From: Yuukianura sp. NJ FZ-2021
Lineage: Eukaryota
Direction of reading: 5' to 3'
Length of the DNA: 64,000 nt
Assembly (NCBI GenBank): GCA_046563655.1
Contig: CM102284.1
Coordinates: 2,046,001 to 2,110,000 of the forward strand
Positions 12,323-25,250 of this stretch are shown in pieces; position 1 is the stretch's first letter, and the number at the start of each line of letters is the position of its first letter. The notes below the pieces were generated by a model. It saw only the letters and a list, made by a program, of their open reading frames with translations, did no database searches and was not told the origin of the DNA. Made by a program: the position numbers and the translations under genes.

Positions 12323-14465
12323 TCAGAAAAATGGATTTTGAAGTTTGTAGCCAATCATGTCACTATATCCAACTGGAGCCATGTTTGGGTCATCCGCTGC
12401 CATCCAAATCTGACTTGCCGGATCCTTCGTTGGCCATCCATCGTACCGCAGAAGAAGCAAGTGCTCCACCATATCCTCAACAGTAACAGGAGCCAAGAAT
12501 CCCGGATCGTTGATATCCAAAACCTCAAAAGTGTGTCCAATTTTGAAGTTATGCTCAGGTTGCTAAACACAAAAAAAAAGTTATGTTATGTATGTTATGC
12601 CGCTTGTATCGCCATTTAAAAATATGTTTAGAACCGTTTTTGTTTTAACTCACAGGAGGCAACAGGTGAAGTGGCGCAGGAACGACGGTGGAATACTGCT
12701 TTTTCGACTTCCAGAGCGTGATGTCATTCTTCTTTGCGAATCCGGCTGGAAGGATGTATGGCGACATGATGTGATAATTGTACCTAACAGGAGTACGCAG
12801 TTCATTTGCTGTCACTCGAAAAGCAACTTGGAAGTATCCATGTTGGAAAACGGCTTCAACCTCAGCTTCACAGATAGCGAAGGGATCCATGGGATGCCGA
12901 GCCTCCAGAATTTGTCCAACTTCGACACGAACAGTACTAGGGTATGCCGGCAGTAACGTTTTTGGAATAGTAGTTTGAGGTTCTACTGGATCTAGGATGT
13001 CAACTCCAACAGTGTTTGCCCAACCCAGTGGATGGATGTGCTCGGAGTTTACATGAAACACGAACCCTGAAACACTCGCGCCAATGAAATTCGAAATCGT
13101 GTGCGTAAAACAAACCGACGTCGACTTTACCCTATCAATACTGCGATTACTGTTAAGCCTATGCCTAGTAAGATGAATACTTGCGATTTGAGAAACAAGT
13201 GATGAGGATGAGGATACCTTTATGGTTAGACGTCGGCTTGGTTTCATAGGTGACATGAACAAGATTTCCAATCAAACCTGTTACGGTAGCAACTCTCATC
13301 CGCGAAATAAAGGTGCTGTCGAGGACTTCTACCTTCGTACCAAGAGGAAACCTGTAAACGATTTCAAGCAATTTCAGTTAAAAACAAAATACTGACAAAT
13401 CTTTCCGTAAGTCCTCCATCATCGAAATAGGATGTGTTATTACCGCTGTTGAATATTCTTCATTTTGGTGTGTAACTCAAAGACGAGGTCATAGGACAAG
13501 GTTTGGTACATCGGGGTCACTTCAGTCAGTAATTTCTTTAGAAATCTCGGAAACCTCTTCGCAACGTCTGGAAGAATAAAAGATTATAGTAAAATGAGGA
13601 TGTAATTCTAATTCTAGTATATAGGTTTGCAGAATCCTCGGACGATCTGAGGACGTAGCAGAACGTTACGGCTGACTTTGAGCTTATGATTGAAACCGAA
13701 ACAACTACCTAAGTAGGTACTACACAGTAACTTGTGATGGTTCTACAGCATAACGTTTGTTCCAAGATGTATGCACTCACCTAACTGGGGATGAAGTCTG
13801 AAGTTGTTTGCAATGCTAAATCCAACCGGATACGCTAAACAGCTACAGAAGTTCACCCAAAGGTACTGATCTGGTTGGAGCCCAAATCGTTCAAACTTGA
13901 CACAAGCACTGTACCCTATAAGACCATAAATGAACAAAATGCCAAATTAATATAGTAGTTGATTTAGCGGGACAACCGACTCTAGTTCGATCAGACTTCC
14001 ACTTCCACTTGCTATCCTTCCAATTGATTATTATGGATGTGTCTTACCTGCAAACTTCGTGATCGTACCTACCCACATAATAGGGTAACCATTCGGAACT
14101 TTTACATATGGATTTTGTAGCTCCGTCATAGCACCAATTGAGCTACTCAGTACTTCTTCCCAAATATCAGCGTATGGAGCCTAAAACGTAAAATGGTACA
14201 GAAAGCTTATGTTAACAGTCAATTGATTAATAAATTACAGAATCTTGGTCCGATTCATCTACCCCTATTATACTGATTTATCGCTTACGTGTTTAAACCA
14301 GCTGACGGGTGGAATTAAGGCCAGTTTTTCAGGATCATCCAGAAAAGTTTCCCAGTAGCTGTCTTCTCTTAGAATAGTAGCACCCGAGTCAGCATCGCCG
14401 CTACTGCCAACGCTGGGCTGTTTAATTGTGCTGCCAGTCCTTGAAGTCTTGCGCTTCCTGTGCAT
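12323..14465 (-). CDS. MBT-repeat protein (Sfmbt/MBTD1/L3MBTL2-like, divergent), multi-exon, boundaries approximate
   Basis: Exon fragments show MBT repeat signatures: 'FKHAPYADIWEE', 'WVNFCSCLAYPVGFS', 'GTKVEVLD..RMRVATV', 'HIHPLGWA', 'GQILEARHPMDPFAICEAEV', 'YILPAGFA', 'LLLRYDGW..QIWM..DPNMAPVGY'. Confidence 0.8.
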
Positions 14466-14933
14466 CTCTCACGAAGATTCTTCGATTCTTGTATTAGGTA
14501 CGGGGCGGGGCTAGAGTAGATAAGATTCTGATTATAGGAATGTAACAGGTGACTTGACAGAATTTAAATGTTTACGTTACTATTGGGCATGAGCGTGCTG
14601 TCAAGGCCGTTTGCCGGTTGAACGAAGGTTGGTGACTACTAATTGTATCCACGTCTAAGTAATTGTTTAATTTGGGGACCTGAGATGATGAAAACAATTA
14701 AATTCTCATCAATTTGCTCATTCGAAGTGATGCTAAAATGTGGTTCGAATTATACATGTCTGCGTTTACATGACAGATGACAGCTTGTCGCATTTGAGTT
14801 TATGCCAATCCTTGTATTGATGAGCCCTTGGCTTCAATTAAAACTTTTTTCAATAATTGGAAACTGGTAAAGTGATTTAATTAGTATATTAATAAATCCA
14901 AAATCTTGTAGCACACACAGTAGCCAAGTCACG

Positions 14934-16448
14934 ATGAGCAGTGAGGCCTGCCGCGATTCAGTGTTACATTGCATTCGTGTAACAATTGTAGTGTCTTCAT
15001 GTTTGGTTTCCAATATTCAATCGCACGTATATTCACTATCAAATGTTCGAGAAATTCTGGCGGGGAAACATTTTCGCATAACAGCGTTCCACATGCCACC
15101 GTACATAATTTTGGATAGTGACAACAAAAGCATTAGCGGCTCACATTTCCAAATAGTTTCCGCAGCATCTGAGGAATTTAATTTTACTACACAATGGGAT
15201 GTGGCTGACGAAGCGAATGCACTGGCGCGTACTTCGAGAGTTTTGGCCAATGGAGAGCCAGCTGGTGTCATGGCGGACATCTATCAAGGAAAAATGGATT
15301 TTACGGTAATTACAGTTGCAAATTTGGCGCGCTACAAGTTTTTGGATTTTACGGTTTTTACAGACGAGGACGTCTTAGTGTTCTATACGGCCCATCCTCC
15401 GCCAGCCGTCCTAGATTGGACTTCAATTTTTAGTTCATACGACGCAGTTGCGTGGATGTCTATTTCTTGCGCCACTTTGGCATTTACTCTGATTTATCTG
15501 CTGGCAGGAAAGTTATTGGCAACATGGTACAGCCCTTATTTCACAGAAAGAACAGGATGCCTAATCCCAAACATACCATATGACCTGCCCAACGAAAGAT
15601 CTTCACAAACGGCGTCAAAATTTAACGTAACAGCAACTCTCACAACGGTTTTTTCGGTTGTGGTAGACCAGAACCTAGGAGAAATTGCAAAAGGTCAACG
15701 ACTTTTGACCTGTCTTTGGCTGTTGTTTGTGCTCGTGCTAGGAAATGTGTACAAGTGCAATTTAGTTTCACTAGCATCCACGCCAGAATCGGCTCGCGTA
15801 CCACAAACATTCACTGAATTGGCGGATCGTTCTGATTACTCCATCGTTTTAAACCAAATTGGTCAAACGTCTCTCCAATTTTTTAATACTTCGAAGAATC
15901 CAGTGTACTCAAACATTGCCGCCCGTTTTCAAAATTCTCTTGAAAAGAGCTCAGTAAGGTGCACCACTCTAGTCATTTCTACTCCAAATACAGCATGTAT
16001 AGGATGGGACTTTACTCTGAAATCAGCCATCTTTAGTCATTTGACCTTGGCAATTGGAGCTAACCTTTTGTCCAAGTCAAAACAAAGTCCTGCTTCCTTC
16101 ACACCAAGTTTTGGATTTCCAAAAAAGTCAATTTATACGGGGCCGTTTAACAAAATTATAACCACCTTGAGGGAAATGGGCATCACGCGGAAGTGGAATC
16201 GAGAAATTCTAGAATCCTACAGACGCAAAGGAATTCAACATCACGCTACACATGACAGCGACTTGCGGCGCATACTCGCATCTATACAACAAACAATGTT
16301 ATACCATGACAGCAGCCTTTTTGCCATGGGAAATCTATATGGCGTTTTAGTTGGCTACATAGTCCTTAGCATTGTCGCTCTTTTCATATTTCTAGTTGAA
16401 ATGACATATAGTCGCAGTGTAGATGAACGGTTGGATACTATTGGGTAG
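14934..16448 (+). CDS. Divergent ionotropic receptor (IR), single exon, 504 aa
   Basis: 'HMPPYI', 'ARYKFLDFT', pre-M1 'IFSSYDAVAW', M3 'VLGNVYKCNLVSLA', 'FNKIITTLREMGITRKW' and a C-terminal TM. This is an iGluR-family architecture without the ATD. Confidence 0.8.
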   Translation: MSSEACRDSVLHCIRVTIVVSSCLVSNIQSHVYSLSNVREILAGKHFRITAFHMPPYIILDSDNKSISGSHFQIVSAASEEFNFTTQWDVADEANALARTSRVLANGEPAGVMADIYQGKMDFTVITVANLARYKFLDFTVFTDEDVLVFYTAHPPPAVLDWTSIFSSYDAVAWMSISCATLAFTLIYLLAGKLLATWYSPYFTERTGCLIPNIPYDLPNERSSQTASKFNVTATLTTVFSVVVDQNLGEIAKGQRLLTCLWLLFVLVLGNVYKCNLVSLASTPESARVPQTFTELADRSDYSIVLNQIGQTSLQFFNTSKNPVYSNIAARFQNSLEKSSVRCTTLVISTPNTACIGWDFTLKSAIFSHLTLAIGANLLSKSKQSPASFTPSFGFPKKSIYTGPFNKIITTLREMGITRKWNREILESYRRKGIQHHATHDSDLRRILASIQQTMLYHDSSLFAMGNLYGVLVGYIVLSIVALFIFLVEMTYSRSVDERLDTIG

Positions 16449-17396
16449 TTTAGTAAGTAGTAAATTTAAAACACATATTGGTTGCCACAACCCAGCGAAG
16501 CAAAACAAAATTAAAATTAAATTATGGCTTAAAAAACACTGAGGAAAAACACAGTTTGACTTTTCGAAATAGAGAAAAGAAGCTGTTTTATGCCTCGACC
16601 TTATGTCTGTCTGTCTGGCCGGCTATTTCCTGGATCTGTTTTTATTAGTAAGCATCTATATAGTGACCTATGACCCAGAAATGTTGTAATACCATTTCAG
16701 AGGTCAACTAACAACAACAACAAAAGTGGTCAAACGTGAATTCACTTACACATTAATGTCTACAGATTTGGTCTCCTATAACTTGGAAATTGATTTCTAC
16801 AAGTTGCTCATCTCATCAACAACTTTTGTTTATAGCACACGACCTCCAATGACCTCCTCAGTCCTTAGTCTAAAGTTAATTTTTTTCATTTTAGCGTTTA
16901 ATCTTGCCGATACGTATGGTAGTGTACGACTTTGTCCGCCTCATGGTTCTCATAGTTATGAATAATTTCTGTCACTTAGAAGTGACGAATGGTGTAAATG
17001 GAAAAAGCAAGTCCAAAAATCTTTAAGTTATTCATGTAAAAACCAAGCATGAAAATACATTCAGCGAAAAAACATAAATTAAAAATTAATGTACAATCAC
17101 GAATTCCTATTCGTTTAAGCTTAGCACCGAAACTTACGAGAATATGCATGATAAATTTTTTTTGGGGGTTTTTGAAATATTTTAGTATTTGCGTAACGCC
17201 GAAACTTTTTTTGCTTTTTGTTTTTTACACATTAAAAGTAAATGGATTTTTCAAGGTCTTGACGAAAGATAAAGAAAGTTTATTAAAAAAAACCAAACTA
17301 TGAATTGTCGGTGCTCAATTTTGAACTTCTTTGTACTTTGGATAGCTTGATTATTCTATACAGCCTCAGTAAATCTCTTTGGAAAAAAAAATCAAA

Positions 17397-19110
17397 ATGA
17401 TTTCAAAAGAAACGCTACGCGCCTCGGGAGTAGCCACTAAATTCTGGTGCCTATTGATGCTGTGTCCATTTCAATCGACTAAAAATTTGGAATATTTTGA
17501 AAAACCGAAATCAGTTATCACTGTTGGAAACAAAACTTTATATTTTTGGGAAGGATTCATGTGCCTCAGCATATTCTGTCATGGTACAGGACTCACTTCC
17601 TTTGTGTGGGTTCTCTTTATGACACCGATGGCTCCACCTGAAATGGTTTTGACGGTGCTTGTTAGCGTATTGGCAGTACTCATCATTTCCGTTGAACTGC
17701 TGTACCTCACTAGGTACGAATATATTTTGTGCTACGTCAACGGTCTCTTACTTCTTAACAAAAGATTAGGTAAACAAATAGCAATAACCTAACTTATTCA
17801 ATTTTCTACTCATATTACTAACTAGCGAAAGCTACTTTAGGCATCGACCTTGTTTGTCTGTCTGCCTGACATGTCACTGCCGGAATTATCTCGGAAACGG
17901 CTCAGCATTTCCAGGATCTGTTTTGACTAGTGGAATCTGATCAGATCTGTTTCCAGGTCAAAGGTCAAGGGCAACCGTGTTCAACTTTTGTTATTGTCAA
18001 CAACAAAATTATCTCTACAAAAGTTGCTCATCTCATGTAGATTAGGTAACAACTTTTGCGAATGTCATGCATGTGACCCTAAGTGACCTTCTTCCGGATC
18101 AAAGGTCAACTTTTTTTTTATTTTATCGTTCATAACCATAGTACATTAAAATCCATCATGGTTCGTCCTCTTGACCAGTCGTTTGAGAATGAAGCAACGT
18201 CTTTCGCTACTTTTGTAAATTCACGTTTTACGGCTTATTGCAATATTTTTTCACTTTTTTCAGAAAAAAAATTTAAGAAAAAGCGGATTGAGCGAGATGG
18301 ACTGGAACTGATTACATGGCTGGTTGTCGTCGTACCACCGTTGGCATCTCTGTCATTTGGACCCGGGTATTATCTGATGCTGCAAGGAGACTGGAAAATC
18401 ATGGTCGTTGCAAAATACTTGCAACTGTACATTTGGCAATTTGATGTCCTCTCAAGCATTGCATTTGGGTTCACATGTTCCACAAGTTGCTTCTATTTGC
18501 TGCTCTTCTTTCTACAAATACTGATCGATATCAACTCGGTGAGCAAGTGGATGGCCTACCAGAATCAATGGTAAGCTGGTATGAAATTTGATTTTCTCAT
18601 TTTATTTTTGAATTTAAAAAGGAAACCAATTTGAATTGAAGGATTGCAGATGGGAATCTACACAATGACAAAGTGTGGAATGTCCAAATTGCATATCGAG
18701 CTCAGCAAATTTTCCACTCAGTCTCGAACGACATTGTGTTCTACATGCTACCAATCTCTGTATCCTGCGCAGCGGCAATTATGATTAGTTCCTGCTTCTG
18801 CTCAGTTCGCTTCGGACGGGATATGAGTACACCTACTTTATTTGGTGCAATTTTGGTAGGTGGAGCTTCATTTTTATTCTGCTGGAAAATTTACCCACTG
18901 GCAGTAAAACACACCGAATCCTCGGAAGACTTTCCAAAAATTTACCGTAAGTTTGGAAATCCCGAGAAATCGACGCTCAAATTTCTGCAGTCATGTCGAC
19001 CATTACGCTGGGAAGTTGGGAATGCTTATGCAATCAAGCAAACCACGTTCATCACAATGCTAAACGACACTGTCATTGGCAACATCATCAACTTGCTACT
19101 CACTTTTTAA
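17397..19110 (+). CDS. Gustatory-receptor-like multi-pass chemoreceptor, copy 1 (exons 17397-17769, 18264-18570, 18642-19110)
   Basis: In-frame GT-AG joins, several hydrophobic helices, and a C-terminus 'CRPLRWEVGNAYAIKQTTFITML..VIGNIINLLL' resembling divergent hexapod 7TM chemoreceptors. Confidence 0.65.
17820..18250. mobile_element. Helentron-associated (HINE/DINE-1-like) element in GR intron 1, with a second copy at about 20950-21410
   Basis: Short inverted pair TAGCGAAAG (17823) / CTTTCGCTA (18201), an internal GTCT microsatellite and T-rich ends. Related sequence occurs near 16590-16870 and 19710-19970. Confidence 0.45.
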
Positions 19111-19252
19111 ATGTCGCAAAGCACAAGGCTACACATAAGAAATTTCAACGTATTACCTACATATGTATAACATCGCCAAACTGCTAAGACGCAGCTATAT
19201 CTTCTTGACGTTGGATGGCGGTAACATTTTCTCTAAAGCTTAGCGAGCACAG

Positions 19253-19412
19253 GAAAACAATGTTGCACCATGACAGCAGCCTTTTTGCCATGGGAAATCT
19301 ATATGGCGTTTTAGTTGGCTACATAGTCCTTAGCATTGGCGCTCTTTTCATATTTCTAGTTGAAATGACATATAGTCGCAGTGCAGATGAACGGAAGGAT
19401 ACTATTGGCTAG
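19253..19412 (+). pseudogene. 3' fragment of the IR gene at 14934..16448, at a duplication junction
   Basis: Near-identical to about 16290-16448 (..HDSSLFAMGNLYGVLVGYIVLSI..DTIG*) with no upstream coding part. Confidence 0.9.
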
Positions 19413-20526
19413 TTTAGTAAGTAGTAAATTTAAAACACATATTGGTTGCTACAACCCAGGAAGCAAAACAAAATTAAAATTAAATTATGACTTAAAAAAA
19501 CACTGAGGAAAAACACACTTTGACTTTTCGAAATAGAGAAAAGAACTACCATCATCATTTTTGCAAAAGTACTAATCCAATATCATAGATTTTTTCCGTC
19601 TAAATTAACATCATACGTACGCAAGCTAGTTTAAACTCTATTTGAAATGGACACAATCATGGCGTGTGCTTGTGAATCGTTTTTCCCTCCACTTTGGCGC
19701 TCGTTCAAGCTGTTTTATGCCGCGACCTTCTGTCTGTCTTCCTGGCCGGCTATTTCTTGGATCTGTTTTTATTAGCGAGCACCTATATAGTGACCCATGA
19801 CCCAGAAATGTTTTAATACCATTTCAGTGGTCAACTAACAACCGCAACAAAAGTGGCCAAACGTGAATGTCTACAGATTTGGTCTCCTTTTACATGGAAT
19901 TTTGATTTCTACAAGATGCTCATCTCATCAACAACTTTTGTACAGCACACGACCTCCTCAGTCCTTAGTTAGTCAAAAGTTAATTTTTTTTTCATTTTAG
20001 CGTTTAGTCTTGCCGAGACGTATGACTACTCAAGAAGACTTTTGGTAGTAGGACTTTGTCCGCCTCACGGTTCTCATAGTTATAAATAATTTCTGTAACT
20101 TAGAAGCGACAATGGAAAAAGCAAGTCCAAAAATCTTTAAGTTATTCATGTAAAAACCAAGCATGAAAATACATTCAGCGAAAAAACATAAATTAAACAT
20201 TAATCATGAATTCCGATTCGTTTAAGCTTAGCATCAAAACTTACGAGAATATGCATGATAAAATTTTTTTGGGGTTTTGAAATAATTTAGTATTTGCTTA
20301 ACGCCGATTATAACCTTTGTTTGCTTTATGTTTTTTTTACACACTAAAAGTAAATGGATTTTTTAAGGTATTGACGTAAGATAGAAAGTTTATGAAAACC
20401 AAAGTATGAATTGTCGCTGTCAATTTTGAACTTCTTTTCGGATAGCTTGACTGTTAGATAAACCACAAGTTTGTTATAATCCATAGTTCTATACAGTCTC
20501 AGTAAATCGCTTTGAAAAAAATCAAA

Positions 20527-22266
20527 ATGATTTCAAAAGAAACGCTACGCGCCTCGGGAGTAGCCACTAAATTCTGGTGCCTATTGATGCTGTGTCCATT
20601 TCAATCGACTGAAAATTTGGAATATTTTGAAAAACCGAAATCAGTTATCACTGTTGGAAACAAAACTTTATATTTTTGGGAAGGATTCATGTGCCTCAGC
20701 ATATTCTGTCATGGTACAGGACTCACTTCCTTTGTGTGGGTTCTCTTTATGACACCGATGGCTCCACCGGAAATGATTTTGACGCTGCTTGTTAGCGTAT
20801 TGGCAGTACTCATCATTTCCGTTGAACTGCTGTACCTCACTAGGTACGAATATATTTTGTGCTACGTCAACGGTCTCTTACTTCTTAACGAAAGATTAGG
20901 TAAACAAATACAATAACCTAACTTATTCAATTTTCTACTCATGTTACTAACTAGCGAAGGCTACTTTATGCATCGACCTTGTTTGTCTGTCTGTCTGGCA
21001 GGACACTGCCGGAATTATCTCGGAAACGACTCAGCATTTCCGGGATCTGTTTTGACTAGTCAACCCCAGGTGACCCGGCGGTTTTTAGTGTTATTGAATA
21101 TCATCCCGATCGTTAATCTCATTCCGGGTCAAAGGTCAAGGGCAACCGGGTTAATCTTTTGTAACATAAAAAAAATTATCACTACAGAAGTTGTTTATCA
21201 TATTTAGATCATTTGCGAATGTCATGTGAGCCTAAGTGACCTCCTTCTGGATCAAAGGTCGTCGTTTTTCATTTTACCGTTCATAACCATATAGTGCATT
21301 AAAATTCATCATGGTTTGTCCTCTTGACCAGTCGCCTGAGAATGAAGCACCATCTTTCGCTACTTTTTTAAATTCACGTTTTATGGCCGGCTTATTAAAA
21401 TATTTTTCACTTTTTTCAGAAAAAATTTTTGAGAAAAAGCGGATTGAGCGAGATGGACTGGAACTGGTTACATGGCTGGTTGTCATCGTACCACCGTTGG
21501 CATCTCTGTCATTTGGACCCGGGTATTATCTAATGCTGCAAGGAGACTGGAAAATTATGATCATACCACAATACTTTCGACCATACATTTGGCAATTTGA
21601 CATCATCACTAGCATTGCCTTTGGATTCGGATGTTCCACAAGTTGGTTCTATTTGCTGCTCTTCTTTCTGGAAATACTCATCGATATCAATTCGGTGAGC
21701 AAGTGGATGGCCTATCAGAATCAATGGTAAGCTAGTATGAAATTTGATTTTCTCATTTTATTTTTGAATTTAAAAAGAACACGAATTTGAATTGAAGGAT
21801 TGCAGATGGGAGGCTACACAATGACAAAGTGTGGAATGTCCAAATTGCATATCGAGCTCAGCAAATTTTCCACTCAGTCTCGAACGACATTGTGTTCTAC
21901 ATGCTACCAATCTCTGTGACCTGCGCAGCGGCAATTATGATTGGTTCCTGCTTCTGCTCAGTTCGCTTTGGACAGGATATGAGTACACCTACTTTGGTTG
22001 CTGTAATTTTGGTAGGTGGAGCTTCATTTTTATTCTGCTGGAAAATTTACCCACTGGCAGTAAAACACACCGAATCCTCGGAAGACTTTCCAAAAATTTA
22101 CCGTAAGTTTGGAAATCCCGAGAAATCGACGCTCAAATTTCTGCAGTCATGTCGACCATTACGCTGGGAAGTTGGGAATGCTTATGCAATCAAGCAAACC
22201 ACGTTCATCACAATGCTAAACGACACTGTCATTGGCAACATCATCAACTTGCTACTCACTTTTTAA
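20527..22266 (+). CDS. Gustatory-receptor-like chemoreceptor, copy 2 (three exons)
   Basis: Near-identical to 17397..19110 with the same splice sites. Confidence 0.65.
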
Positions 22267-22414
22267 ATGTCGCAAGGCACAAGGCTGCACATAAGAAATT
22301 TCAACATATATTACATTCCATCGCCAAACTGCTAAGACGCAGCTATTTCTTCTTGACGTTTTACGGCGGTAACATTTGCTCTAAAACTTAGCGAGTACAG
22401 GAAAACTTTCAAAA

Positions 22415-22530
22415 AAAAAATCAAAATGATTTCAAAAGACAAACTACGCGCCTAAAGCATAGCCACTAAATTCAATTCTTGTGCTTTTTCATGAAATGTC
22501 CATTTCAATCGACAAAAAATGCAATTTTTT
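22415..22530 (+). pseudogene. Degenerate 5' stub of a third GR-like copy
   Basis: 'aaaatcaaaATGATTTCAAAAGAcaaactacgcgccTAAagcatagccactaaattc' matches the start of the GR genes but has an early stop and then breaks off. Confidence 0.75.
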
Positions 22531-22816
22531 TTTCAAAAAACAAAATTAGTTGGTACTCATAAAATCAAATAGGTTTATAGAGAGATGTGATTTTGTGACT
22601 AAAAGTGACGCTAAAATTGGATTCGAATTACATGTGCATACTGTAGAGTTACATGACAGCGGACAGCTTGTCACATTTCAATTCATGCTAATTCTTGTAT
22701 TGTATGAGTGCTTTGTTTTAATTAAAAATCTGTCAATAGTTGGAAAGTGATGACGTGCTTTAATTCGTATTTAATAAATCCAAAAACATGTTGCACTGTT
22801 AGAAGTGAAGATGACG

Positions 22817-24307
22817 ATGAGCAGTAAGGAGTGTCGAGTTTCAGTCTTACGTTGTATTGGTGCAGCAATTGCATTAGCTTCATGTTTTCTGAGCAACGTT
22901 CAAGCTAACGTATATCCACTATCAAATGTTCGAGAAATTTTGACAGGAAAACATTTTCGAATAACAACGTCACACATGACACCGTACATAATTCTGGATA
23001 GTGACAACAAAAGTATCAGTGGCTCACATTTTCAAATTGTTTCCGCGGCATCTGAGGAATTTAATTTCACTACACAATGGGATGTGGCTGACGAAACGAA
23101 TGCACTGGCGCGTACTTCGAGAGTTTTGGCCAATGGGGAGCCAGCTGGAGTTATGGCGGACGTGTACAATGGAAAAATGGACTTTACGGTAATCACTGTT
23201 GCGAATTTGGCGCGCTCCAAGTTTTTGGATTTCACGGATTTTATAGACGAGGACGCCTTAGTATTCTATACGTCCCATCCTCCGCCAGCAGTCTTAAACT
23301 GGAGGTCAATTTTTAGTTCGTTCGACTCAGTTGCGTGGATTACAATTTTGTGTGTAACTTTGGCATTTACGCTGATATATCACGTGGTAGCAAAGTTGTT
23401 GGAGAAATTGGACAAGCGTTATCTCCCTGAAAGTACAGGAAGTGCAACCCCAAACATAGCATTTGAAGTCCGCCGTGGAATTTCTTCAAAATTTGACGTC
23501 GCAGCGACTCTCGCAACAGTTCTTTCGGTTGTGGTAGACCAGAACCTAGGAGAAATTGCAAAAGGTCAACGACCTTTGACCTGTCTTTGGATGCTGTTCG
23601 TGCTCGTGCTAGGAAATGTGTACAAGTGCAATTTAGTTTCATTAGCATCCACGCCAGAATCGGCTCGCGTACCACAAACATTCACTGAATTGGCAGATCG
23701 TTCTGACTACTCCATCGTTTTAAACCAAATTGGTCAAACTTCTCTCCAATTTTTTAATACTTCAAAGAATCCAGTGTACTCAACCATTGCCACCCGTTTT
23801 CAAAACTCTCTTGAAAAGAGCTCAGTAAGGTGCACCACTCTAGTCATTTCTACTCCACATACAGCATGTATAGGATTGGACTTTGCACTGAAATCAGCCA
23901 TTTTTAGTCAGTTGACCTTGGCAATCGGAGTTGAGCTTTTGTCCAAGTCAAAACAAAGTCCGACTTCCATCACGCCAAGTTTCGGATTTCCTAAAAAGTC
24001 AATCTATTTGGAGCCATTTAACAAAATTATAATCGCATTCAAAGAAATGGGCATCACACGTAAGTGGAATCGAGAAATTCTAGAATCCTATAGGCGCCAA
24101 GGAATTCAAAATCACGCTACACATGACAATGACTTGCGGCGTATGCTCATATCCATACAACAAAAAATATTGCACCATGACACCAGTCTTTTTGCCATGG
24201 GAAACCTCTATGGTGTTTTCATTGGCTATCTAGTTCTCAACATTGGCGCTATTTTTCTATTTTTAGTTGAAATGACACATCTGTGTAGCAGAAATGCGCA
24301 GAAGTGA
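22817..24307 (+). CDS. Divergent ionotropic receptor (IR), paralogue of 14934..16448
   Basis: Intact ORF with long identical blocks shared with the first copy. The upstream 200 bp or so is also homologous to about 14725-14930. Confidence 0.8.
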   Translation: MSSKECRVSVLRCIGAAIALASCFLSNVQANVYPLSNVREILTGKHFRITTSHMTPYIILDSDNKSISGSHFQIVSAASEEFNFTTQWDVADETNALARTSRVLANGEPAGVMADVYNGKMDFTVITVANLARSKFLDFTDFIDEDALVFYTSHPPPAVLNWRSIFSSFDSVAWITILCVTLAFTLIYHVVAKLLEKLDKRYLPESTGSATPNIAFEVRRGISSKFDVAATLATVLSVVVDQNLGEIAKGQRPLTCLWMLFVLVLGNVYKCNLVSLASTPESARVPQTFTELADRSDYSIVLNQIGQTSLQFFNTSKNPVYSTIATRFQNSLEKSSVRCTTLVISTPHTACIGLDFALKSAIFSQLTLAIGVELLSKSKQSPTSITPSFGFPKKSIYLEPFNKIIIAFKEMGITRKWNREILESYRRQGIQNHATHDNDLRRMLISIQQKILHHDTSLFAMGNLYGVFIGYLVLNIGAIFLFLVEMTHLCSRNAQK

Positions 24308-25250
24308 GTTTAGTTAGATGCATAGTCATTTAGTTTAGCTGTAAATGAAAAAAGTAAATTGTAGAAATCACTTGATTGTTGCACTCCAACAAGCATAAAA
24401 AAATAATTAAAATTTTGAATTTTTTGTTTTAAAACTACTTCAACATTGAGGAAAACCGCACTAGACCTAGACGTTTCAAAATAACAGAGAGAAGGAAGTG
24501 AGTCTCTATTTTTGAGCAGTGGAAATTTATTCGTAAGGGAAATCTTTAGCACTTTGTGGTTGAACTTCTGTGTGGTTTCCTATTCGAATTTTTTTTTGAA
24601 TGCCATAGTTCAGGGTAACACCAGCTTATTTTGAACGCGACATTTTAGAAAGCTATTATAAGTGAAAGTTTAGTAAACTTTTTAGACAACGCAGGGAGTT
24701 TTTTAAAAAAATGTTTCAAAATTGTACAGTTTTACTTTTGCTCATAACTGCAACTTTGTCTGTCGGAAGTAAACGAGAAACGTATCACCTGGTTTTCATG
24801 GATGTTCCAAGTGGAGCTTCAGGTAATCACCAAAGCATTCAATTTTTCATAAAAAAGACATTTTTTGAAATTAAGTAACAATTTTTGTTTTAAAAGGTCA
24901 TGCGTTCAGTTTATTTTCCGGCCGCTGTGCTTACTTGCCGCAAGGAGTTGACTGGGAAAACTACAAAATCACAACACCGAAGGCCGCTTGTGTGGAAATT
25001 TGCGAAAAACCAAAATGTGGAGGATATTGTTTTAAAATTCCGGCGGGCTCCAGGGGATTGGTTTACAAATTAACTCAAAGCATAGGACCATTCAACTCAA
25101 TGCGTCTATGCTGAATTTTGTTTTTAAAACGTTGAAACATTCTTAAAAATAAAAATTTCTAAAAAATATCACTTCAACACTTTACTTTAACAAGACTTTC
25201 GTGTTTCAAAAATTTGTAACTGTGTTTCGTCATGTTATCAAAAAATATGA

